Shown here: one piece after another, positions 8,486 through 18,441 of the stretch
Layout: the number at the start of each line of letters is the position of its first letter
Position numbering within the stretch: the first letter of the stretch is position 1
Origin: Elusimicrobiota bacterium
GTDB taxonomy: Bacteria; Elusimicrobiota; Elusimicrobia; F11
Direction of reading: 5' to 3'
DNA: 64,000 nt
Assembly: GCA_044221725.1 (NCBI GenBank)
Contig: JBGAON010000005.1
Span: 32,001 to 96,000 of the forward strand
Made by a program: the position numbers and the translations under genes
Notes under the pieces: model-generated
What the model was told of the DNA's origin: nothing
The model's database searches: none
Seen by the model: only the letters and a program-made list of their open reading frames with translations

Positions 8486-11400
8486 AGCGCCAAGTTAACG
8501 TTCGGGTCTTTTTCGAAAGAAATTCGTTTTTTCGCGGTCGCAACAATTTTTTTGCTGCGCGATTGCAAGCACGGCGGAAGATTGGCGACGGCGGAGACGG
8601 CGGTGAGGCGCACAAGCGGATCGTTGTCTTTTAGTCCCACCGTAATTAGTTCTTCCGCTTTTGGCGAAACGGACTGGGTTACCGCTACCATGGCAAGCGC
8701 GCGCGTGCGAATATCCGCATCGTTTTGTGCGCGGGCGAGTGCCGGTAAACTGGCCGGGGCCATTCTTCCGAGGGCGACCGCCGCCGATTCACGCACGCGG
8801 GTGTTCGCGTGCTTAAGCAACGGTTCGATCTTTGCTATGTCGTCTTCGTTCGCGAGTTTTCCAATCCCAATAACGGCGGCGTTAACGGTGGCCGGCCGCG
8901 TGCTTTCCAGCAGACCAACCAGTTGTTCGCGAACGGAAGACTCCATCCCTTCCAGTACCTTTCGTTCATTGTTCACGCGCGCCAAACTATCGGCTCGATC
9001 AGCATAAAGGATTCGTAAATACTCTTTCGCTTCGGGTTCGAGCAGCGCACCAGTGATATCTTCCGGAACGATCGCGAGCATTTGCGTTCGTTTGTCTTGG
9101 TTCAGATCCGTCGCCCCGGCCATTACGCCAACGGAATCGCTAAACCGCATTTGCTGGAGAATCTTGAGCGCCGCTTGTTTCTTGGATTTGTTCTTTACAT
9201 TTTCAAGCGATTCGGCGAGGGCGTCGTATAGTGCACGCGCGCCCGGTTCTCCGCCGGTATCGCGGCTCAACAAGTCCGCCATCGTTCGAATCAGCATCAC
9301 GCGGGTCTCTTCGGTGTTTTTTTCTTGAAGCATCTTCGTCAGGGCGGGGAAAGCGATAGAAGGAGGGCTGCTCCGCAAAAAATTGATTAAAGTCGCTCGG
9401 CGCATCGGCGCTGTTTCCGTTGTTGCTTCGTCTATTAATGCGTTGGCGGTAACCGCTCCGTGGCTTGGAATGGCGACAGCGAGCTGAATCAATTGATCGA
9501 CGGCGGCCGGATCCAAAACTTTTGCGAGCAGCGCTGCTTTCTCGGGGGGCAACATAATCAGCGCGCGCATCGCTTGGCGTGGCGACGCCTTGTCCAAGCT
9601 GAACGCGGCGGCCACATCGACAAGATCATTCACTTCATCGATCGGCGATTTGGAAGAGGCATCCTTTAAATGTTGTTGCAGGTCGACCATTTCGCGTTGC
9701 GTGGCATCTTCTTGCGGCAGCGGCGGCCATTCGGGCGCCTTCAGTCCCAGATTGTCAACGAACGTCACGCCTTGAAACTGATACGTGCCCCACGGTGAGC
9801 GAAGGCGACGGTTCCACGTGTTCGCGTCTTCCTCGGACGGTGGCGAAGAGACCGGCGCTCCCTCGCATTGGAATTGAATGTCGGTGCCCTCGATTAATTG
9901 AATGGAGTACGCGGGTTCATCTCTCACGAAATTGTTTGTGCCGTGGTCGCAGAGTTTCAATTTGTTGCGTTCGCCGCGAATGGCCGAAAATGACAAGCTG
10001 CCAATGGATGCGGTGCCAGAGCCCCATTCCGTTTGCATCTCGTTGTCGTTTCCAAAAATGAGCGCGGAGCCAATCGACCGGTCCCAGCCGTACGCGGGAC
10101 CAACGCCCCAATTAAGAACGCGGTTCTTGTTACCAAGCACATCCAAATGCCCGAACGCGCTGTGCACACCGGAACCAAGGTCGTATCGCCGTGCTTGCAA
10201 CGTGTTGCCGTTGCCTCGCACGCGGAACACACCGAAGCCATGCCAGTAACCAACGCCCTGCGAAAAGTAACTTCCTTTGACGGCGTTGTTGTCGCCTTTA
10301 ACGACCGCCAGTCCCACGCCGCCACCAGCGTACGCGCGTGGACCAAAGCCGACGCCTTGGCAAAGGCTCACCGAGCCGGAGGGCTCACGCGGATCTGGTT
10401 GAACGAGCCCACCTTTAATATCGCCTCCGTCGCCTTCATGAAAAAATATTCCGACGCCGCGCGTGAACGCCGATCCTTGGCCGTTCCGAGTGGCCACATA
10501 CGAAGACTCTTTCGCGTCCCGGTCCACCAATATACCGACACCGAACATTCCCATGCCTTGCACAAATTTCTGTGCCGAAAAGTGCGCCGTCCCGTTCACG
10601 ATCAACGCACCCACACCGGCCAGCCCCAATCCCTGCGAAAACGAACCTGTATGAAATTCCTTTTCTCCGTCTTCGTTCGGACAAACCATAATGCCGATGC
10701 CGAACACTCCGGCGCCAGCGTTTCCGAACAAGTCGGTGTCTCCTTGAACAGAAATTTCAGAACCGAAATCGATCACGATGCGAATCTGTTTCTCGTGCGC
10801 GGTCGCAACCGGTGCTTTGTAAGTGTTTCGTCCGCCAAGATCAATAAGAAGCACCACATTCTTCAATGTTTCGGCGTCGTACGTATCGTCGCCGGTCCCG
10901 CGAATCAGAACATCCCCGTTCGGTGTGGTCCAGCGAAACTGCTGAGAAAAAGGCGCATCGAGGCTTAATTTCGCCTGGGCACGGCCAACGCCTTCAAAAA
11001 TAATTTGTGCGGCGTTATAGAGGTCGCTTTCCGAGAACGTTTTCATTCCTTCGTATTGTTGCTTAATTCTTCGCGCCGAAATTTCTTGCTCCACGGCACC
11101 GGTGTCTGCGTTGGGCCATTCGTTTAATTTCAAAAACTCGGATCGGTTCTTTGCTGGGACCGAATCAACGGCTTTGTTCAGTAACGGTTGCGCGCGCGCA
11201 ATTGCGTTGAGAAGAATACCGATCGGCGCCCGTAATCCATTTGGAATCCCTTCGTTTTTCACCACCGGCGTGTGACTCTCCGGAAATCGCAACGGTTGTC
11301 TCGGACCGTCGAGGATCGACATGGCCACGGTCAGCAGGTCGGTGGGTGTTTCAGAATCCTCAAGCGCGTTGGTCCAATCGGACGCAGTCGTCGGTATGTC

Positions 11401-11682
11401 CAACGGTTTGTTAAAAAAGTTTTCGATGGCGCTAATCGTGTAGGGCAGTGGCCAACCAGCAGAGAGTTTGAAATCAGGCTCGGATAAGCGCACCGATTCA
11501 AACTGCGCGCGAATTTTGTTGATGCTGTTTTGTATCAGCGGGTTGTCGTTTTGGTCTTCGTGGTAGGCAACATCGGATTCAATAGGATCGAGGTCAAAAG
11601 GCGTTGACTTGGAAGTAGTTTGCGAAAACGCCGGCGTCAAAGTGCTTGCGATGAGAATGCCGGCGAGCGCGTTGATTCGCAT
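8470..11682 (-). CDS. Large secreted protein with Gly-rich repeats and C-terminal HEAT repeats
   Basis: Signal peptide ending AFS-Q; repeated (S/G)QGxGxxGxGxL blocks; HEAT motifs KHANTRVRESAAVALG and KDNDPLVRLTAV. Confidence 0.7.
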   Translation of the reverse strand: MRINALAGILIASTLTPAFSQTTSKSTPFDLDPIESDVAYHEDQNDNPLIQNSINKIRAQFESVRLSEPDFKLSAGWPLPYTISAIENFFNKPLDIPTTASDWTNALEDSETPTDLLTVAMSILDGPRQPLRFPESHTPVVKNEGIPNGLRAPIGILLNAIARAQPLLNKAVDSVPAKNRSEFLKLNEWPNADTGAVEQEISARRIKQQYEGMKTFSESDLYNAAQIIFEGVGRAQAKLSLDAPFSQQFRWTTPNGDVLIRGTGDDTYDAETLKNVVLLIDLGGRNTYKAPVATAHEKQIRIVIDFGSEISVQGDTDLFGNAGAGVFGIGIMVCPNEDGEKEFHTGSFSQGLGLAGVGALIVNGTAHFSAQKFVQGMGMFGVGILVDRDAKESSYVATRNGQGSAFTRGVGIFFHEGDGGDIKGGLVQPDPREPSGSVSLCQGVGFGPRAYAGGGVGLAVVKGDNNAVKGSYFSQGVGYWHGFGVFRVRGNGNTLQARRYDLGSGVHSAFGHLDVLGNKNRVLNWGVGPAYGWDRSIGSALIFGNDNEMQTEWGSGTASIGSLSFSAIRGERNKLKLCDHGTNNFVRDEPAYSIQLIEGTDIQFQCEGAPVSSPPSEEDANTWNRRLRSPWGTYQFQGVTFVDNLGLKAPEWPPLPQEDATQREMVDLQQHLKDASSKSPIDEVNDLVDVAAAFSLDKASPRQAMRALIMLPPEKAALLAKVLDPAAVDQLIQLAVAIPSHGAVTANALIDEATTETAPMRRATLINFLRSSPPSIAFPALTKMLQEKNTEETRVMLIRTMADLLSRDTGGEPGARALYDALAESLENVKNKSKKQAALKILQQMRFSDSVGVMAGATDLNQDKRTQMLAIVPEDITGALLEPEAKEYLRILYADRADSLARVNNERKVLEGMESSVREQLVGLLESTRPATVNAAVIGIGKLANEDDIAKIEPLLKHANTRVRESAAVALGRMAPASLPALARAQNDADIRTRALAMVAVTQSVSPKAEELITVGLKDNDPLVRLTAVSAVANLPPCLQSRSKKIVATAKKRISFEKDPNVNLALQLLK

Positions 11683-11703
11683 AAAGCAAAGTATAATGGA
11701 TTT
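11683..11703. promoter_or_regulatory. Bidirectional promoter with overlapping -10 boxes
   Basis: Top-strand TATAAT (11692-11697) lies 6 nt before ATG 11704; bottom-strand TATACT (11695-11690) lies 7 nt before ATG 11682. Confidence 0.65.
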
Positions 11704-13479
11704 ATGCCTGGCTCACCCCAAAAAAATTCCGGCTCCATCTTATTAATTGAGGACGATACGGCTCTTACCAAAAGTATCGGTGAAACACTCACAGATGCTG
11801 GCTATTCGGTGACGCCTGTGACATCGTCCCAAGCGGCGTTTGCGTCGATTTTTAAAACGCCGCCGGATGTGGTTATTCTCGATATCAACCTGCCCGACTT
11901 GGACGGGTTTCATATTGCACGCGAGCTGAAAAGAAACGTGATGTTTCGACAAATCCCAATGATTGTTTTGTCCAACCGCATTGACTTTCTCGACAAGATG
12001 CGAAGTTTGGACGTCATCATGGACGAGTATTTGGTGAAGCCGATCGATGCAAAAGATTTGTTGCTGCGAACGCAGCTCGTTGCTCAGCGTGCTGAAGCAA
12101 ACCTTGATGCCAACCCGCTCACGCATTTGCCGGGCAACCGCGCGATCATGAAAGCGATCACTGAACGCATGGCCGAAGGCAAACCGTTCGCTGTGGGGTA
12201 TGCGGACTTGAACAACTTTAAGGCGTTTAACGACAAATACGGATTCTCAAACGGCGATCTGTTGATTCAGTACACCGCGAAAACACTGATCAGTGTCGTC
12301 GAAAAGTATTCGCCAAACAATAATTTTGTCGGGCATGTCGGCGGCGACGATTTTGTGTTCATTTGCTCGTATGAGAGCGCGAACGACATCTGCCAGGTTA
12401 TCGCGGAACAATTTGATAAAGGAGCGGCGGAATTTTATTCCGAGGAAGACCGGCAGAAAGGTTACATCGTGGTAGAAGACCGTCGCGGCATTGTTTCCCA
12501 GATCCCGCTCGTGTCCATCGCGATTGGTATGGCCTCCGACGAGGGAAAGAAGTTCACGAATTTGGGCCAGGTGAATCACGCGCTGACGCAACTGAAAAAA
12601 TACGCGAAGTCGTTTCATGGTAGTGCGTTCGTGCGCGACCGCCGCAATTTAACCGCGCAGATGGCCGAGTTCACCTGGGGTCCCGGCTCCGCCAATGTTC
12701 CTCCGAAAGTGCTGGATCAAATCACGACTGCGCTCGGAGAGTATTTGCCCAAGCAGCTATCGGACATCATCAAGAATCAATCGATTAGCGTGCTTTTTCA
12801 GCCCATCATCGATATGAAGACCGACGATGTGATTGGTCACGAAAGTTTGGTTCGCGGGCCCGCTGGAACGCCGCTCGAATATCCGGACGCTTTGTTCCAA
12901 ACGGCACGAACATCCAATCAGGTGCTGCCGCTCGACCATCTTTGCATGCGAAAGATTGTGGTGGCGGCATCGCAGCTTCATCGCGGTATGAAACTTTTTA
13001 TCAATGTGTTTCCAGAAACATTCATGGACAAAAATCTTTTGAACCTTGAACTGTTTAAGGGGCTGGAAAAACGCGGCATTGAGACGGTGTTGGAGCTGAC
13101 GGGCGCTCAGCGCGCGAACGATCCGGTGGAAATTTACGCGGAGCTCGCTCGATTCAAAGCGAAAGGTTTTCGGATCTCCGTCGATGCCACATCCGCCGCG
13201 TTCGACGATGGACTACGGTTCCTCACCGAGTTACGCCCACACTATGTGAAACTCAACATGATGCCCTACAAAGACATGGTTAATGATTTTCAAAAGCAAA
13301 CGCAGTTCCTTAAAAACGTCGGCCTTTTGCGACAAACGGGAGCTGTGCTGATCTGCACAAAGCTAGAATCCCGATCCGATAGTTACCTGGCGTTGAAGGC
13401 CGGTGTTCCATTGGGTCAAGGATATTTGTTCGCCCGCCCTTCTCAAGTCCCGCACACACCAGAAAAACCCAGCAAATAA
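11704..13479 (+). CDS. Response regulator-GGDEF-(degenerate) EAL protein
   Basis: REC domain (IEDD...LDINLPDLDG); GGDEF domain (NPLTHLPGN, FKAFND, GHVGGDDF); EAL domain reads ESLVR and lacks DDFG. Confidence 0.88.
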   Translation: MPGSPQKNSGSILLIEDDTALTKSIGETLTDAGYSVTPVTSSQAAFASIFKTPPDVVILDINLPDLDGFHIARELKRNVMFRQIPMIVLSNRIDFLDKMRSLDVIMDEYLVKPIDAKDLLLRTQLVAQRAEANLDANPLTHLPGNRAIMKAITERMAEGKPFAVGYADLNNFKAFNDKYGFSNGDLLIQYTAKTLISVVEKYSPNNNFVGHVGGDDFVFICSYESANDICQVIAEQFDKGAAEFYSEEDRQKGYIVVEDRRGIVSQIPLVSIAIGMASDEGKKFTNLGQVNHALTQLKKYAKSFHGSAFVRDRRNLTAQMAEFTWGPGSANVPPKVLDQITTALGEYLPKQLSDIIKNQSISVLFQPIIDMKTDDVIGHESLVRGPAGTPLEYPDALFQTARTSNQVLPLDHLCMRKIVVAASQLHRGMKLFINVFPETFMDKNLLNLELFKGLEKRGIETVLELTGAQRANDPVEIYAELARFKAKGFRISVDATSAAFDDGLRFLTELRPHYVKLNMMPYKDMVNDFQKQTQFLKNVGLLRQTGAVLICTKLESRSDSYLALKAGVPLGQGYLFARPSQVPHTPEKPSK

Positions 13480-13495
13480 ACGGAGGATTTTTGTC

Positions 13496-16219
13496 GTGAA
13501 GAAGCATTCCCTGTATCATTTTTCAGATGCGCATGGCTCGTTCCATGTGAACCGGCCGTCGGACCAAGGGGTTCTGTATTTTCCATTGGTCAACGAGCAA
13601 GCGTTTATGTCGGCCATTTCGCCGGATTTGGCCGGCGACATAAAATTGGACCAGCATTCGTTCCTTACCATTCCCGTCGCTTACGAAGATTTGCATCTCA
13701 GTCGCGCCACGCGGAATTTCTGGTTCGGATTTCGCTCGAAAGGCGATCCGGTGTTGTGGTCCGTCGCGGGTCGATCGGTGTGGCAGCGCGTAAACAAAAG
13801 CGATGAGACGTCCGAAATGGAAGCCGGACTTTTATGGCAACGCGTTACGCGGACCAACAAAAAGCTTGGGCTTCACACGCGTGTATTGAGTTTTGTTCCG
13901 GCTGGTAATTTCAATTTTGAAGTGATGCACGTTGAAGTAAAGAATATTTCGAGGAAGCCGATCACGGTGACGGGCACGTCCGCAATTCCGCTGTATGGCC
14001 GTTCGGCCGATAATTTGCGGGACCACCGGCATGTGACATCGCTTTTGCATCGGCTGAAGCGCGAGAAATTCGGCATCAACCTAACGCCGACCATGACGTT
14101 CAACGAGCGGGGACATCTGATCAATTCGACCTCCTATTATGTCATTGGCGTTGATGAGAAAGGCGGCGCGCCCACCGGCATTTTCCCGACAGAAATCTCG
14201 TTCATCGGTGAAGGCGGCGACCTTGAGCGGCCGCTCGCGTTGATGGAAAATCGTGCGCCCCAAACACGTATCAACGAAACGGATCAAGGCAAAGAAGCCA
14301 TCGGCGCGTTGCAATTTCGCTCGGTAACACTAAAGCCCGGCGCTTCGACGACGTACACATTGCTCTTGGGAATTGACCGTCAGCCGACCGATCATGAGCA
14401 ACTGATCCACGATTTTACCGGCCCAGAAAAAGTGCAAGCGCATTGGCTGCGCACCAAACAATTTTGGGACGAGAAACTCTCAACCATCGTTTTTGAAACG
14501 GGGGACCAAGATTTCAATGCATGGGTGCGTTGGGTTCAAGTTCAGCCTGTGTTACGAAAACTTTTTGGATGTTCGTTCTTGCCCGACTTTGACTACGGTC
14601 GTGGCGGCCGCGGCTGGCGCGATTTGTGGCAAGACTGCCTGGCGCTTTTGCTGCAAAGTCCCGAAGAGGTTCGCGACGACATTCTCCACAATTTTGGCGG
14701 CGTCCGCATGGATGGCTCGAACGCGACGATCATTGGGCGAAAGAAAATCGGTGAGAAATGGTTTCCTGAATTTATAGCGGACAGAAACAACATCGCTCGC
14801 ACGTGGATGGATCACGGTGTATGGCCGTTTCTTACCACGTTGCTTTATTTGAACCAAACAGGCGACTGGAATGCGCTGCTCGAGAAAGCGCCGTATTTCC
14901 GAGACGCCCTCACGCACCGTGGAAAGAAAGTGGATCCAAACTGGGCCACCAACAAGAACGCGAAGCCGGTGGCCGGCACGATTCTCGAGCATATGCTCGT
15001 TGAGCTCGTGGTGCAGTTTTTTAATGTTGGCGAACACAACATCATTCGTCTTGAAGACGCCGATTGGAACGATGGATTGGACATGGCGCACCGCCGCGGC
15101 GAAAGCGTGGCGTTCACGAACATGTACGGCGGTAACATGGCCGCGCTCGCGGACCTGCTGGAAATGCTCATGAACAAGCACGCATGGAAAGACGCCGAGA
15201 TCGCCTCGGAGCTGCTTCTGCTGATCGTGGGTTCAAAGAATTCCGTTGATTACAACGACGCATCGGCCAAGCAAAAGCGATTGGCCGAATACTTTGCGGT
15301 CGTGGCGGACGGAATCTCCGGGAAAAAAATTTCTGTTTCGATCGAAGATCTCGTTCGCGATCTGCGCGAAAAAGCGAAATGGATTAAAGATCACGTTAAC
15401 AACGCCGAATGGGTCTCCTACGGAGGAGAAGCGTGGTACAACGGTTACTACGATGACGAAGGGCACCGTGTCGAAGGGAAAAATGGCGACGGGCGGATTC
15501 GCATGACGTTATCGGGGCAGGTGTATCCGATCATGGCCGGCATCGCCGATGACGCGCGGATCAAATCCGTCATTGCGGCTGTGAATAAGCATTTGTTTGA
15601 CGCGAAGCTAAACGGTTTCCGGCTCAACACCGATTTCGGTGCCATTCAACCGACGCTCGGGCGTGCATTCTCTTTTGCGTACGGTGAAAAAGAAAATGGC
15701 GCGGTGTTCAGCCATATGGCGGTGATGTACGCGAACGCGCTTTATCAACGGGATTTTTCTGAGGAAGGGTTCCGGGTTCTCAACTCGTTGTTCGAAATGG
15801 CAAAAAATAGCGCGAGAAGTAGAATTTTTCCGGGACTTCCGGAATACTTTAACAACGAGGGTCGCGGTCGGTACATGTACCTCACGGGTTCGGCCAGCTG
15901 GTACGTTTTGACGTTGTTGACGCAAGCCTTTGGTGTGCGCGGATTAAACGGAGATTTGTTAATTGCTCCAAAGCTCGCGCCCGAACAGTTCGACAAAAAA
16001 GGCCGTGCGTCGGTTGTTGTGCGTTTCGCTGGTTCAGAGGTGCGCGTGAATTTTGTTAATCCGAACCGGGTCGCCGCGAACAGAATTCGGGTCGAAGACG
16101 TGAAAAGCGACCAGGTTGAAGTTTCATATGAACGGATGTCTGAAAAAGAAGTTTTGATTCGACGTGATGTGATTTCGACAAAGAAAAACTGGATTATCGA
16201 GGTAAAACTTGGATCATAG
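13496..16219 (+). CDS. GH94 glycoside phosphorylase, laminaribiose-phosphorylase-like
   Basis: LYFPLVNE, IPLYGRSADNLRDHRHVTSLLHR, DYGRGGRGWRDLWQD and ADWNDGLD match my recollection of Paenibacillus laminaribiose phosphorylase. GTG start after GGAGG. Confidence 0.85.
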   Translation: MKKHSLYHFSDAHGSFHVNRPSDQGVLYFPLVNEQAFMSAISPDLAGDIKLDQHSFLTIPVAYEDLHLSRATRNFWFGFRSKGDPVLWSVAGRSVWQRVNKSDETSEMEAGLLWQRVTRTNKKLGLHTRVLSFVPAGNFNFEVMHVEVKNISRKPITVTGTSAIPLYGRSADNLRDHRHVTSLLHRLKREKFGINLTPTMTFNERGHLINSTSYYVIGVDEKGGAPTGIFPTEISFIGEGGDLERPLALMENRAPQTRINETDQGKEAIGALQFRSVTLKPGASTTYTLLLGIDRQPTDHEQLIHDFTGPEKVQAHWLRTKQFWDEKLSTIVFETGDQDFNAWVRWVQVQPVLRKLFGCSFLPDFDYGRGGRGWRDLWQDCLALLLQSPEEVRDDILHNFGGVRMDGSNATIIGRKKIGEKWFPEFIADRNNIARTWMDHGVWPFLTTLLYLNQTGDWNALLEKAPYFRDALTHRGKKVDPNWATNKNAKPVAGTILEHMLVELVVQFFNVGEHNIIRLEDADWNDGLDMAHRRGESVAFTNMYGGNMAALADLLEMLMNKHAWKDAEIASELLLLIVGSKNSVDYNDASAKQKRLAEYFAVVADGISGKKISVSIEDLVRDLREKAKWIKDHVNNAEWVSYGGEAWYNGYYDDEGHRVEGKNGDGRIRMTLSGQVYPIMAGIADDARIKSVIAAVNKHLFDAKLNGFRLNTDFGAIQPTLGRAFSFAYGEKENGAVFSHMAVMYANALYQRDFSEEGFRVLNSLFEMAKNSARSRIFPGLPEYFNNEGRGRYMYLTGSASWYVLTLLTQAFGVRGLNGDLLIAPKLAPEQFDKKGRASVVVRFAGSEVRVNFVNPNRVAANRIRVEDVKSDQVEVSYERMSEKEVLIRRDVISTKKNWIIEVKLGS

Positions 16220-16222
16220 CGT

Positions 16223-16732
16223 ATGATCGCTCCGGCTTTCCCACGATGGGTTCGTAAATTTTTTAAAAACGAACAACATTCGGAAGCCATCGATTTTTTC
16301 CGGAATGTTCCGTTGTTTCACGGGCTTTCCACCCGCCAGTTGGGCCGCATAATGTTGGCCATGCAACCCCGCGAATATCACGCCGGTGAACAGCTGTTTG
16401 AAGAAGGCCAGGCCGGCAAGGCTGTTTTCATCATCAAATCCGGCAAAGTTGAACTTACACGTCTCGCCAATGGACAGCCGCGTGTTCTCGGAGTTTTGGG
16501 AACGGGCCAAATGTTCGGGGAAATGGCGCTCTTGGAGCAAATGAAACGCACCGCGACGGCCACGATTGTCGAAGACGGCACCGTGTTCTTGCTTTACACG
16601 GCAACGCTTGATGCGTTGATGCGCGACCAGCCCGAAATTGGAGTCAAAATTCTCCGCAACATGGCCATTATGCTGTCGGCGCTTTTGCGCCGCACGAATC
16701 AAGAACTGGATCGCCGCATGAAGGCGGCGTAG
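16223..16732 (+). CDS. Stand-alone cyclic-nucleotide-binding domain protein
   Basis: FIIKSGKVE...GQMFGEMALL...RTATA; no HTH domain. Confidence 0.88.
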   Translation: MIAPAFPRWVRKFFKNEQHSEAIDFFRNVPLFHGLSTRQLGRIMLAMQPREYHAGEQLFEEGQAGKAVFIIKSGKVELTRLANGQPRVLGVLGTGQMFGEMALLEQMKRTATATIVEDGTVFLLYTATLDALMRDQPEIGVKILRNMAIMLSALLRRTNQELDRRMKAA

Positions 16733-17799
16733 TGAGAGAAGTTCGAATCGGTCGCGGGATTTTCTTTGCTGTGGCGTTGGCGCTCACGTTTTATTTGCTC
16801 GCTCGCGTGTGGAATGTGCTTATCCCTTTTGTGTTGGGGTTGGTCGCCGCTTACATGGTTCAACCACTGGTTGACCGTTTTGTGTCGCTTGGACTTCGCC
16901 GAGACCGAACGGTGCTGGTTCTCTATGTTTCACTGCTCGCCGCCGTGATCGGCGCGGGTTGTTTCCTGATCCCGAATTTGATTCGTGAGGCGAACGCGTC
17001 GCTCCAGTCGCTACCGGAATATGCCGCCCGGTTTAACACGATAAACGACAAGGCAAGCGCTGCGATAAACAAAACTTTCGTGCATCTTTTGGGCAAGAAA
17101 GCGCATCCTATGAGCCTTCCATTTCATGCTGACGCGCTGGCCGAACGCTTTGTGACCTCCTTGCCGGAAAATATTTCGAGTGTTGCGCATTTCGGGCTGT
17201 GGATCTTCATAATTCCATTCGTATGTTATTTCGCGCTCGCGAACGGAAAAGAATGGATGAACACGCTGTTCAACCTAACGCCGAGCGATCATGTGGAAAA
17301 TTTGCTGGGAGTTGTCGCCGAAGTAAACGCCACATTGGGCGCTTATATTCGCGGGCAGTTGTTGGATGCGATGTGTGTGGGCCTTCTTACAATGGCCGGG
17401 TTGTGGGCTATCGGTTTCGATCAGGCCATTTTGTTTGGGATTCTCTGCGGATTCCTAAACCCCATTCCGTTTCTTGCTCCGATTGTGGGCGGGTCGCTCG
17501 CGCTCCTCATGGCCTATTTCCAAGGGATGCCGGCGTCGTCGATCGTCGGGATCTTTTTTCTTTTCATCATCGTTAGATTGTGCGACGACTTTATTTTTGT
17601 GCCGTTTATCGTTGGGCAGAGCGTGAAATTGCATCCCGTTATCATCATGTTTGCGATTCTCGCAGGAGTGGAGCTTGGTGGCTTTCTCGGCCTGGTGTTT
17701 GCGATTCCGGTTACCGCCGTCCTTAAAGTGGTCCTGTCGATATTGCTGAAAGATCGACGAAAGAATATATTTCTCGTTCAACATCACATCGCTTCTTAG
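16732..17799 (+). CDS. AI-2E (PerM) family transporter
   Basis: YIRGQLL, PFIVGQSVKLHP and GFLGLVFAIP motifs; about 8 TM segments. Confidence 0.9.
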   Translation: MREVRIGRGIFFAVALALTFYLLARVWNVLIPFVLGLVAAYMVQPLVDRFVSLGLRRDRTVLVLYVSLLAAVIGAGCFLIPNLIREANASLQSLPEYAARFNTINDKASAAINKTFVHLLGKKAHPMSLPFHADALAERFVTSLPENISSVAHFGLWIFIIPFVCYFALANGKEWMNTLFNLTPSDHVENLLGVVAEVNATLGAYIRGQLLDAMCVGLLTMAGLWAIGFDQAILFGILCGFLNPIPFLAPIVGGSLALLMAYFQGMPASSIVGIFFLFIIVRLCDDFIFVPFIVGQSVKLHPVIIMFAILAGVELGGFLGLVFAIPVTAVLKVVLSILLKDRRKNIFLVQHHIAS

Positions 17800-17809
17800 C
17801 GACACGAAA

Positions 17810-18148
17810 ATGGGAGGGTCTATGGTGCATCCAATGATGGCTGGTGGAGTCGGAAAAGTTCCGCTTTTGCTTTTGGCGTTGGCCGCTGGGTACGGCGTTT
17901 TGGTGCTGGCGAACAAACAGGAAAGGCCCTTGGACAGGCTGGGACGCCTCGTCGGTGGAATTGTATTGGTGGTGTCGTTTGTCGGACTGCTTTGCGTGGC
18001 CGTCTGCTCAATAATGTGTCGTGTGTCGTGTCACGGCGAACGCATGGGCGCTGCTTGCGGCATGGCGAAGCCAACGTGTCCCTATTCGGGCAACCACGAC
18101 GACGCTTCCGCCCCGCCCGCTGAAAATGATCAAGCGCCGGCAAGGTAA
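17810..18148 (+). CDS. Small two-TM membrane protein with Cys-rich C-terminus
   Basis: Two hydrophobic helices followed by six Cys; fills an operon gap. The start may be 17822. Confidence 0.55.
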   Translation: MGGSMVHPMMAGGVGKVPLLLLALAAGYGVLVLANKQERPLDRLGRLVGGIVLVVSFVGLLCVAVCSIMCRVSCHGERMGAACGMAKPTCPYSGNHDDASAPPAENDQAPAR

Positions 18149-18171
18149 CGGATTTTATTTTGGAGACGACT

Positions 18172-18441
18172 ATGGAAGCGAAAGAAAACAAAGTTACGAA
18201 TATTGAAGAGACCAAGAAAAAAGTGGAAGCGGCGTTAAACAAAGTTCGCCCCGCACTTCAGGCCGATGGTGGCGACGCTGAAATCGTCGACATATCGTCC
18301 GACGGTGTTGTGACGCTGCAATTGATGGGCGCGTGCGGTGGTTGTGCGATGTCGACCATGACGCTCAAGCAAGGCATCGAGCGCATCGTAAAAATGGAAG
18401 TACCGGAGATCACCGCCGTCGAAGCGATGTCAATGGAGTAA
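18172..18441 (+). CDS. NifU C-terminal (Nfu-type) Fe-S carrier
   Basis: VRPALQADGGD...GACGGC...TLKQGIE; ATG after GGAG. Confidence 0.9.
   Translation: MEAKENKVTNIEETKKKVEAALNKVRPALQADGGDAEIVDISSDGVVTLQLMGACGGCAMSTMTLKQGIERIVKMEVPEITAVEAMSME

Noticed and set aside
13539..13554. parS-like site CGTTCCATGTGAACCG
   Set aside because: Four mismatches to the 16-bp consensus and inside a CDS; no convincing parS seen near parAB.
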